A stretch of 63,158 nucleotides of DNA, filler included, from Octopus bimaculoides (Eukaryota), in the NCBI RefSeq assembly GCF_001194135.2. It is 9 parts of 7 records of this genome, joined end to end, with 100 filler letters (N's around TTAATTAATTAA, not from the genome) between each part and the next. Parts side by side here need not be neighbours in the genome. Positions count along the whole stretch, not along the records: positions 48,049 to 59,045 come from NC_068981.1; positions 59,146 to 63,158 come from NC_068983.1; 7 more parts are not named here. One strand, written 5' to 3'. Below are positions 52,661-63,158 of the stretch, piece after piece. The notes beneath the pieces are model-generated. The model made no database searches and was not told the origin of the DNA. It saw only the letters and a list, made by a program, of their open reading frames with translations. Position numbers and translations under genes: made by a program. Position 1 is the first letter of the stretch. Each line of letters opens with the position of its first letter.

Positions 52661-53932
52661 TAGGATTACTTCGCTTCCTAATTTTATAACTTTTTCAATG
52701 TTTTTAAAATGTTTGCCTTTTCGTCAGTAATTTCTAAGTAGGTGTAGGTTAATATTCATTGCAGTTCATTTGATACTCCCAACCATCAGCTGTAAAAAGG
52801 CTGATTCTCGCGGCGTTACAAAGCTTCATTACAAATCAGACCCTGCTCAAAAATCAGCTGTTCTTCCTCACCAACCCCCATTCGGCGGGCATCGGAGGAT
52901 CATGGACACGTTACTATTTCATTTCTGCACGACTCTCAAAGGGTCAACAATACTTTTATGACAACATTTACATTTTTAGGCGGTTCCCTGCTATTACTTC
53001 ACACTTCGCCTACACCTGGCCTCCACTCAGCTCTATTTCCCTCCCTTCGTCAGCACAGCAGCCTCATCTTCTACATCCGACGTACATGAGACATCTCCCC
53101 ACCCCTTCCATCTCCTCTCTCAACGTTACAGTTTACATCAGTGGCAACAGGATCGTAACATACAATTTGAAAACCAAGCAACATATCATTTTTTACAACA
53201 ACAAATGTAATCATAACGACGATCAATGAAACAAATGCATTAAAATAATTACATGAAGTAACTATCTCTGACACGCCATTACAATTTACATCAAATAACA
53301 ACACTTCAAAAGTCGATAAAACTAAATACATACATCCTCTCTCTCACCATTATATTTTACACCATTACATTTTTTAGTTGAATCGCTTATGTTAATGTAT
53401 GTTTTGTCTTTGAATTGTGTGCATGTATATATGTATATTTGTGTAAGGACTATGTTTATGTATTTTTTGTTTATATATGTATGTGTTTATGTGCGTATGT
53501 ATGTATATTTGTGTATGTACATAAACAGTACTTACACAAATATACATACATACATGCACACAAACACTTAATACATACACAAAAAATACATAAACATAAG
53601 CGATTCAGCTGAAATAAAATTAAAGAAATGAAAGACTTTTACGAAAATTGCTGAACAAGCATTTTCATTATCCCTCTTCCTTTATCGAAAGATAGCCAAC
53701 ACTTATATAGACTATCAAGAACTTTTTCCTTGCATGCACCTATTTTTTTCTTGCTTCTCAGCACTAGATTTCTTGCACCGGACACCTCCTCCCATCAAGT
53801 TTGTTGTTTCATATTTCTTTTCTTTGTTTACATTGTTTCGTACTGTTTACAATTCTGTCTGTACTGCAAACTTCTATTTGTTTACATGTTAGAACATTTA
53901 TAAACTGCGACATTATATTTCAATTTGATTCC

Positions 53933-54051
53933 GCGACGACTCATTCCACGACGACACATTTCCGTGCCGACCCATTTTGACGACGATACGTTTCCTGGAC
54001 GACTCAATTTCGCGAAGATTCATTTTCACAAAGATCCATTCCGCGAAGACG
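53933..54051. repeat. Array of ~8 degenerate 15-16-bp units (consensus about gcgacgactcatttcc)
   Basis: Units: gcgacgactcattcc, acgacgacacatttcc, gtgccgacccattttg, acgacgatacgtttcc, tggacgactcaatttc, gcgaagattcattttc, acaaagatccattcc, gcgaagacg. Confidence 0.8.
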
Positions 54052-55169
54052 TGCATATGTTTTTATAATATTCCATTTTTTTAATAATGTATCTCTCTTT
54101 GGTCGCTTGCTAGTTATTTCATGCACACGTATCGTACACGGTTTTCTCCAACTGCATGGTTTTTTGCTACATATTTCTCTTAAATGTTTGCAGATTTTTC
54201 GCAATTTGAGCTTCGCACTATAACATTCAAAATAAATGCATGCATCCCTACACCCAGTTACACACATGCACCTCGCTATTTGTGCGTTATTTGTGCTCTT
54301 TTCCCCGACTCACAGTACATCCGATGTTTGATCATGCTCCCTTGCGCCCTTACTTCCAGTTGCAACTTACCTCTGTAAGACCCCAGGATGGTCACGGTAT
54401 GTATATACAGAAAGTTTGCCTGACTTTCTCAACACGCCAGCATATCACTAGTAATTTATCGTTTTTCTTAACCACAACAAACGTATATGACCACAACGTC
54501 AAACTCATTTTACCTCTGCAATACTTTTAAAGCACTTAACACAACATACACACTTCTGCCCAATAATTTTCAAGTTATATCACGGATTGAAAATGCACTC
54601 TCTCACCTCAGCTCCGTTCAATAAAAAAGTCCGTGGCTGCCCCTTCTCCCAGACATGTACACACAACTCATTACTAAATCACGCTCACGCCTACTTAACG
54701 CTGGTCAAAGCCAGTCCGCACACTATACACACAAAGCAACCTTGAACTATTCGGACCCACTCGAATAAAAACTTGTCTCGTTACATCACCTCAGTTACTC
54801 TCCCCTGACATCCATGATTTTTCTGGCCTGGAATCACATCCATCTGCAATTTAACACTTAACAATCACAGTTTTGAACGTTCTACAATTTTCATAGTGCA
54901 CATACCTACAATTTTTCCTATTATCGATCCTTTGTCTGCGTCAAACTGAATGGAAAGTGATATAGCGAACAGCAACAGTATAGTTAAGCTGGGATTCGAA
55001 ACTAAATCCACACTTTTATGCCTGGTCAAGCAAATCCACGATCTATTGTCGTAGCCTTATTGCACTCAGAGATTAATGAGAAGTTGACCTCTTGAGCTTT
55101 CTCCAGTCAGTCTTCGGTCAGAACTAATAAAGACAACGAACCTTATTGTTCTACTTGACCGAATTCAGT

Positions 55170-55555
55170 TACCGTTGTTGTTGGCACTCCGTCGCTTACG
55201 ACGTTGAGGGTTCCAGTTGATCCTATCAACGGAACAGCCTGCTCGTGAAATTAACGTGCAAGTGGCTGAGCACTCCACAGACACGTGTACCCTTAACGTA
55301 GTTCTCGGGGACATTCAGCGTGACACAGTGTGACAAGGCTGGCCCTTTGAATAACAGGCACAACAGAAACAGGAAGTAAGAGAAAGTTGTGGTGAAAGAG
55401 TACAGCAGGGTTCGCCACCATCCCCTGCCGGAGCCTCGTGGAGCTTTAGGTGTTTTCGCTCAAGAAACACTCACAACGCCCGGTCTGGGAATCGAAACCG
55501 CGATCCTATGACCGTGAGTCCGCTGCCCTAACCACTGGGCCATTGCGCCTCCACA
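55170..55555 (-). mobile_element. Full-length tRNA-derived SINE, fourth family
   Basis: Minus head gtggaggcgcaatggcccagtggttagggcagcggactc...gtttcgattccc (A- and B-box); the body is shared with 44.1 and 62.7 kb. Confidence 0.85.
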
Positions 55556-57904
55556 TTTAGTTACCAACAAGTTATAAAAACACAAACAAATAGCTGTCTT
55601 CCTCTCTTTGGCCAATCGTTTCTGGGCAAACAACTCTGTCAGTAAGCTGATCAACGCGTGCGACGGAAGACCTCTTAATGTATCGTTCTGCCTAGATTAT
55701 TTTGCTCTGTCTTTCTGTTTAGCAGCACAGTGATGAAGCTAGCTCCTTCACACAATGTCCATGGAACCAGAGACAAATATTCTACAAAAAGTTGTGTACG
55801 CACAAACAACTCGCCGAACTTGTATATTTGTTATGTATTGTAACGACTTGCATTATAATCATCATCATCAAACATTGTAGCAATATGATAATCGACATGT
55901 AATAAATGGCCATAATAAGCAAGCAAGCAACTATTGTTTCTGCTATCATTTCTTTGCTGCACTATGACATAAAACTTCATCGTCGTTACAAATTATAATT
56001 TAAAGTTCTAATAATTAGTTACATGATAACTCTAGGGCTGAACAGAAAATTACATATTTAAATCGGTTTAGAAAAAATAAAAGGTATAAAATATAGGACA
56101 CATCTGCAAAATATATATACAGAGTTTAAAAAGAAGTTTTCAAAAATACATATTCAGTTAAGCATCAGAATCAATAAAACAATGTAGCCCATTGTTAATA
56201 ATTCTTCTAAATTGGCAACATACAAAAATTCTCAGTATACGCATACATTCTTCATGAAAAGTAAAAATAGCTTTTATTTGAGCAAATACATTTGACTGTT
56301 TCTGTTTCTCCATTTGGCTCTCTCTGTTTTCTGTCTAGCACGGTAATCTAGTCCGTAAAGAGGAGAATAGAGTCGTTGTTTAGCTCTAGCTCAATCCCAA
56401 TTAAGTAAACCTGTGACCTCACCATCATTTATTTCGGACGAAGTGTTTATCTAACTCTGTTGGGTGTGATTTGCGGGAGGTCTGACTGCTATTTCTAACA
56501 TTCGAACTCTATTCGTTCGAGGCAAGAATCGTAATATAGTAAGAATAACACGAAATATAAAACAACAAAAATTATCAAAATTAATGCATAATGATAAACA
56601 TTGTTTGCACTTATTGTTTAGTTTAAAGATAGTTCAGACCTGTTCCAACCAACATACGGTTAATAGAATTCAAACCAAAACATCTTTATCAACGATCTTT
56701 TGGTTTATATATATATATGTAAGAACGACCGTGCGAACTCAAAAAGGAGAAATGGTGACGAATGGAAAAACAGGAGAACTCCTTTTATTTATACGCGTCA
56801 CACGGTCGAACACAATATATATATATCAATGATGATATACAAAATATGTTATACTACGATAGCATATGTGAATTCGTAAATACCAGTAATGAAGAGACGA
56901 TAGAAGGCAACCGTATGAAATGAATAACAGAGATATTTATTGTAGCATTAAAGATGTATATCTGTGTGTGAGTGTGAATGCGACATATAATAATATAATC
57001 AAAGACAGGCCGTCGTACAAAGAAAAGAGTGTATGTGAGTAATACATGTATGTGTATGTGAGATATTACAGCAGATAGAAAGAGTCAGTAACACGTGAGC
57101 ATTTATACCAGTTCTTGAGTACACAATTGGAAGAGTCTGTATGTGAAAGAAGTTGAGGCTGTGTGTGTCAGCGCGATCACTAGTTGTGATGTTGGNNNNN
57201 NNNNNNNNNNNNNNNNNNNNNNNNNNNNNNNNNNNNNNNNNNNNNNNNNNNNNNNNNNNNNNNNNNNNNNNNNNNNNNNNNNNNNNNNNNNNNNNNNNNN
57301 NNNNNNNNNNNNNNNNNNNNNNNNNNNNNNNNNNNNNNNNNNNNNNNNNNNNNNNNNNNNNNNNNNNNNNNNNNNNNNNNNNNNNNNNNNNNNNNNNNNN
57401 NNNNNNNNNNNNNNNNNNNNNNNNNNNNNNNNNNNNNNNNNNNNNNNNNNNNNNNNNNNNNNNNNNNNNNNNNNNNNNNNNNNNNNNNNNNNNNNNNNNN
57501 NNNNNNNNNNNNNNNNNNNNNNNNNNNNNNNNNNNNNNNNNNNNNNNNNNNNNNNNNNNNNNNNNNNNNNNNNNNNNNNNNNNNNNNNNNNNNNNNNNNN
57601 NNNNNNNNNNNNNNNNNNNNNNNNNNNNNNNNNNNNNNNNNNNNNNNNNNNNNNNNNNNNNNNNNNNNNNNNNNNNNNNNNNNNNNNNNNNNNNNNNNNN
57701 NNNNNNNNNNNNNNNNNNNNNNNNNNNNNNNNNNNNNNNNNNNNNNNNNNNNNNNNNNNNNNNNNNNNNNNNNNNNNNNNNNNNNNNNNNNNNNNNNNNN
57801 NNNNNNNNNNNNNNNNNNNNNNNNNNNNNNNNNNNNNNNNNNNNNNNNNNNNNNNNNNNNNNNNNNNNNNNNNNNNNNNNNNNNNNNNNNNNNNNNNATA
57901 TATA

Positions 57905-59045
57905 CAGGCATACAGGAAGTAAATAAATAGACACCTTTAATTTTCAAAATTTTTATTCGATACGCAAAGCTAACAATTGAAATGTAATCGATAGGTAGGA
58001 CTACATACTTTAGTATTTAGTTGACATTCCCTTTGCAGTTTTTAATTCAGAAACTCTTTTTGGCATTGAATTGGTGAGCTTTGTGATTGTCTCTTGTGCA
58101 ATTTCTGCCCACTTTTCACGCAACAATCGAAATAATTCATCTTTAGATTTAGGTTTCTGTATAGCTCTATCTAGTACGCTCCAAAGATTTTCAATTGGGT
58201 TCATGTCAGGAGATTGGCTCGGCCAAGGAAGCTTTTTGATCTCATTTTCAGTCAGCCATTGTTGATGCTTTTTCGCTGTGTGGCATGGAGCCCTATCTTT
58301 CATGAATAAAAACTCATTTTTGTTATGTTGTCGTGAGAATACATCGGAAGTAGTTCTTGCTTAAGTATTTCGATATATTTTTCAAAGTTTATGGTTCCAA
58401 CACATTTGATCAGCTCAGAACGACCATTGCTGGTGACAGCTCCCCATAGCATTACAGAGATACCGCCATGTTTCACAGTTCGCTGGAGTCGTTTCAAATT
58501 AAATTCTTGATTGGGAAACATCCAGACCCAAATACGTCCACTGTCTGAAAATAATGCAAATCTAGATTCATCTGAGAAAATCACTCTATCCTAAAATGAA
58601 CTGGATTTTTCTGACATCTCCTTAGCCCATTTCTTTCTTCTCATGATATTAATTAGTTGAAAGAAAGGTTTTCTTCTAGCTGCTCGTCCAGATATGTAAC
58701 ACACGTTCTTGGACTAACTTCTTGCTGTTTTGCAATACCAGAAGCCTTCGAACGGGGTTCGTTTTCCACAATTCTCTTCAAATAGCGAAGCTTCCTTTCC
58801 GAGGGCCCAGGTCGGCTGGGATGAGAATATGTTGATTCTTTTCCTTGGCTTTTGAATTGCACTATAATTCTATTAACAGTAGCAAGATGAATTTGAAGAT
58901 TTGCGGCAGTTTTTCGCTGGCTAAGATCAGCCTCAGATTGCCCAACAATATGACCTCTTTGAAAATCTGACAGTTCTGTGCTCGGCAGTTTTGTGCTGGG
59001 ATGAGAATATGTTGATTCTTTTCCTTGGCTTTTGAATTGCACTAT
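57905..59045 (-). mobile_element. Tc1-family (DD34E) transposon, frameshifted, with right TIR
   Basis: [18 protein letters not shown]...; VIFSDESRF...TVKHGGISVMLWGA...; MKDRAPCHT-x-WPSQSPDMNPIENLW with exactly 34 residues between D and E; the end reads TA|CAGGCATACAGG at 57903-57916. Confidence 0.92.
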
Positions 59046-59162
59046 NNNNNNNNNNNNNNNNNNNNNNNNNNNNNNNNNNNNNNNNNNNNTTAATTAATTA
59101 ANNNNNNNNNNNNNNNNNNNNNNNNNNNNNNNNNNNNNNNNNNNNTATATGCGTAATTGTAA

Positions 59163-59500
59163 AGGCGCATGGCTCAGTGGTTAGAGCGTCAAGTTTACGA
59201 TCGTGAGGTTGTGAGTTTGATTCCCGGACCGGGCTGCGTGTTGTGGTCTTGAGCAAGACACTTTATTTCACGTTGCACCAGTTCACTCAACTGTAGAAAT
59301 TAGTTGCGACGTCACTGGTGCCAAAATGCTTAGCGCCATTTCGTCCATCTTCACGTTCTGAGTTCAAATTCCGCTGAGATCGACCTTGCTTTTATTATTT
59401 CGGGACTGATAAAGTAAGTACCAGTTGAGCACTGGGGTCGATGTAATCGGCTTATCTTCTCCTCCAAAATCGCTGGCCTTATGCTAAAATTGAAAACCAA
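59163..59500 (+). mobile_element. Third-family SINE (59163-59310) followed by a Nin-like SINE body
   Basis: ggcgcatggctcagtggttagagcgtc...ttcccggaccgggctgcg; then aaatgcttagcg...gagttcaaattccgc...gtaccagttgagcactggggtcgatgtaatcg. Confidence 0.82.
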
Positions 59501-60294
59501 TATTTCTCCATTTCCTCTATGGAATCCATAGTCTCGAGTTTGCTTCCTCTATTTCACATTTTGAGCAAGTTCCTCCTGCTATAACCTCGGGGTTTGTGAA
59601 TAAAATTGGTAAATGAAAACTGTACCGAAGCCCTTCGTATGTGTGTGGCTGCCGTATTTTACTTTGACAATGTTTGAACAAAAGAATGCAGCATGTAAGT
59701 TTATGTCCCGTAACTTAGAGGTGTGACAAGAGTGAGATCGCTAAAATATAGACCAGACGTTAAATAAATACTGGAGTCAGTACGACAAGTTAAAATACTT
59801 CAGATGATGCCCCAGCAATGGCTACGATCCATTCATTGAAACAAGTCGAAACCAAAAGAATAAATACATTTTCGAGAGAACTAGAAATAATTCTTGTTAG
59901 GAATAATGGTTCTCGAAGCACTTCACATACAGCTATAAAAAATGGCATATAAATATTGGGTTGAGAAATCCTTTGGGATAGAAAATGTCGAAGGCTGTCC
60001 ATGAGACACGTACGTATATATATGTATATATGCATGCATACATACGTACATACATACATGCATCAAGTATAACCAGCCGAAACTACAAAGATAATCTGGA
60101 ACTCGACTGACGAAAGAAAACTCCGAATGACCCGTACTTGTTTTTTCTTGTCCCTTTTTGTATCATCTAACTATCTGGATGTCTTGTTGTCGCCTGTCGT
60201 GTTCTTGTCCCATTTTTAGTATTCTTTTTTATATACATACATGCGTACATACATACATACATACATACATACAGATGTATGTATGTGTGTGTGC

Positions 60295-60338
<44 letters not shown>

Positions 60339-60439
60339 TATTCTTATATTTGTTTCAGCCAAAATAAGAACCAGACATTAAAATGAATACCGAGGTCGAT
60401 GTAATCGACTGCGATGCCCCAGTATGGCCACCCTTCAGT

Positions 60440-60781
60440 CCCTCTGCGTGGCACTTTGGGGTAAATGTCTTCTACTATCGCCTCGGACCGACCAAAGCCT
60501 TGTGACTGGAATCGATAGACGGAAACTGAAAGAAGCCCGTTGTATATGTGTGCGTGTGCGTGTGTGTGTGTGTATTTGTGTGTCTGTGTTTGTCCCTCCA
60601 CCTTCGCTTGACAACCGATGTTGGTGTCTTTACGTCCCTGTAACTTAGCGATTCGGCAAAAGAAAACCGCTAGAATAAGTACTAGGCTTACAAAGAATAA
60701 GTCCTGGGGTCGATTTGTTCGACCGAAGGCGGTGCTCCAGCATGGCCACAGTCAAAATGATTGAAACAGTAAAAGAATAAA
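60440..60781 (+). mobile_element. OR-like SINE, body and tail
   Basis: gcgtggcactttggggtaaatgtcttctactatcgcctcggaccgaccaaagcc...aaggcggtgctccagcatggccacagtcaaaatgattgaaac. Confidence 0.88.
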
Positions 60782-61849
60782 AGCAGAATACCCTAACCTC
60801 TAAACTACGCGCCTTCACCACACACACATACACACAAACATACACACCACATACACACACATACATACATGCATATACACACATACAACACGCATACACA
60901 CACATACACACACAACATGCATACATACACACATACATACATATACACACATACAACACACACATACATTCACATACATACACACATACACGCATACACA
61001 CATACACACACACGAACACTCACGTACACACACATCCATACCCAGATATGTTTATATATGTGTGTGTGTGTGTGACCGTTTGGTCTCAGATGGTATCCTA
61101 TGTCCACCTGGGTCACTGAACTGTTCTTTGCGCCATACAATGGTCCCTTCCACATCTTTCTCTTTCTCCTCACATCTTTCTCTTTCCCAACCGGGGGCAG
61201 ATATTTCCCCGTTTCATTTTACCCGGCCCTCCTCTCCCAGCATTAAATATAATAGTTGCATTCATTGGTTAATATAAAGAGAGGGGCGGAAAAGATCTCA
61301 ATAAAAATTCAATGAAATTGATACACGTCTCCACCCCCGTCCCCCCGTCCCCTTCAAACCCTTAATCAATACCTTAAACCGGAATAAATCACCTTTTTTT
61401 TTCTTTCTTTTCTTCTTATCCCTCTTTATTTCTGGTCAGAAAGGTTATCCTTAACTTTCTTTTTTGCTTATTATTTTTTCTTACCTTTTTTTTGTTTTTA
61501 GTTTTGCAAATTTTTTTCTTCAATTTCCGTTTCCCACAATTTGTGTTGTTGTTGTTTTGTTGTTGTCGCTGTTGTTCCTTTCTTTTCACCTTCTCCGTTT
61601 TTCTTTTACTCTTCCTTTTTCATTCCTTTGATTATTCTTTCTTCTTCTTCTTCTTGTCCTGCTCTTCGCCCTCATTGTCATCGTCATGTCGCATTCGTCG
61701 TCCTCCTCTCATTCATCTCTTCCCTAAAAGCAGAATACTTTAACCTCTAAACCACGCGCCTTCACCACACACACATACACACATGCACATATACACACAA
61801 ACACAGACATAGACACACGCCCAGGAAACCTTTCCCTCAACACAACGAG

Positions 61850-62545
61850 ATAACTTTGTGCTGTGTGAGCTGTCGAAACCACACATGTTCTGTATCCAAT
61901 TCGTTTACTTTGGGGCGTAGAAAGGCCTCCAGCATTTCAACGTGCCGGTCGAAAGTAACAGTTACTGTTGCACCACATTCTTCAAAAAAAGTACGGGCTG
62001 ATCACAGCAAAATCGGCAACTGCACACCGAACAGTCACGCGTGAAGAATGAAACAGTCGTTGGTGGAGTTCATGAAGAATATGTTCAACCCAGGAGTCAC
62101 AATTCAGCTTGCTTACGATTCCTTTGATATGGAAGTGAGCATCACCGGTACCCAGAACAGATTCAGCGGGAACCTGTGCAAGAATATTCGCATATACGGC
62201 TCTGCGGTTGTTATAATCTGTCTCAGTTAATTCTTGCAGTTTCAAATCAGAATGCAAAACCCTCCTCAAACTCCGACTTGATATCCCTAGTGCTATGCTA
62301 TGCTTACAAGTGGAACACTTTGGCATTTGCTGAATGGGTGCTTCTACTGCAGCCACATTTTCTGGATTTCTAACGGTCCTAGATCTGCCAGAGGATTTCT
62401 TTTTCAGTGTGGGTCCAGTTGCCCGAAGGTTAGAAATCCAAAGCGAAATCCTTTTCCGATCTGGTACAGGTGAATTTGGACCGAGCGCAAAGTGCCCACA
62501 GAACTTTCGCTGCGTCGCTATTACGGATCATTTGTTTACATAATA
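61850..62545 (-). mobile_element. rosa/Visitor-like (DUF4817-type HTH) mariner-group transposase, decayed
   Basis: SVIATQRKF...PVPDRKRISLWISNLRATG...SSGRSRTVRNPENVAAV...ALGISSRSLRRVLH...GDAHFHIKG...RVTVRCAVADFAVISPYFFEE...WFRQ. Confidence 0.85.
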
Positions 62546-62659
62546 TGCTTGAACAACAAAGCCGCGATGTTCACCATGATACAAAAATTGTTATGGTCAT
62601 TAATAGAGAAAATGAACATAATAGATAATTTGTTATAATGATTGATGAAGAAAATAAAA

Positions 62660-62860
62660 ATGATAGAGCTAAGCTCCACGCGGTTCCGGCAGAAGGTAAT
62701 GGAGAACCTCTGCTGACTCTTTCGCCACAACTTTCTCTCATTCTTTTCTCCTGCATCTAGCAGCTCACCTGTGACTAACCAGTGTCCCGTCCATGTGGGG
62801 AACCTATACGCCAATGAAACCGGGAAATCAGCTCTTATGAGCCAGGCATGGTTCGAGAAG
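62660..62860 (+). mobile_element. Fourth-family SINE body and tail
   Basis: aagctccacgcggttccggcagaagg...ctctttcgccacaactttctctca...cttatgagccaggcatggttcgagaaggaacaacaa. Confidence 0.75.
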
Positions 62861-62992
62861 GAACAACAATATATATATATGTAGTGAAACTACCTCCCGC
62901 CATTAGATACAAACTACTATCGCCATTACATACAATCTTCTCATTTAAATATAAATAAATGCGAGCGTAGTAGAGAACCCATTCCTTGTCCA

Positions 62993-63158
62993 TCACGTGA
63001 CTGATCATTATTCGAATCGGCAACTTATTCGAACCGTTCCCGCCAGAACGCAAACTGACCAATCACGGCCCCTAGTAAGGTCACGTGATAGAGTATATTT
63101 CTACCATCTGGTGAGCCAATAGTTTGTTATAAATAGCTTTAACTCGGCAGCCAAATTC
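62993..63158 (+). promoter_or_regulatory. Promoter-like motif cluster (2 E-boxes, 2 CCAAT boxes, TATA)
   Basis: TCACGTGAC at 62993-63001, CCAAT at 63059-63063, GTCACGTGAT at 63080-63089, CCAAT at 63116-63120, TATAAATA at 63128-63135. Confidence 0.45.

Noticed and set aside
54487-54960. Nearly open frame with few stops
   Set aside because: It is broken every 30-46 codons, stop scarcity is explained by C/A-rich composition, and no motif is recognised.
60100-60140. CTGACGA-aagaaaactcc-GAAT motif
   Set aside because: Stem II and GAAA are broken; noted only as a possible relic.

Overview
Repeat-saturated eukaryotic genomic DNA from a gapped draft scaffold. The SINE families and the microsatellite load point to an octopus or coleoid cephalopod; this is inference from recognised repeat motifs, not a database hit. 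No intact protein-coding gene can be supported, and almost every ORF in the track is a microsatellite or N-run artefact. The window contains many tRNA-derived SINE copies from at least four families and decayed fragments of mariner, maT-like, Tc1 and rosa/VS-like transposases, a Helitron, RTE, Tx1/L1, R4/Dong and CR1-group LINEs, two Penelope-like GIY-YIG endonuclease fragments, a Gypsy-type gag and a solo LTR with a 5-bp TSD. The most interesting signal is non-coding: at least five type I hammerhead ribozyme folds (9.1, 26.4, 32.0, 34.4 and 49.4 kb) plus more degenerate ones. One has a 77-nt multibranched stem II, two form a head-to-head inverted pair, and one has a non-canonical CUGUGGA core. 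Secondary leads are a candidate exon antisense to an RTE fragment, a LINE/SINE shared 3' tail, a Dong-like LINE inserted in a CATA repeat, a D38D transposase spacing, and a promoter-like motif cluster at the right edge. All alignments and folds were done by eye.
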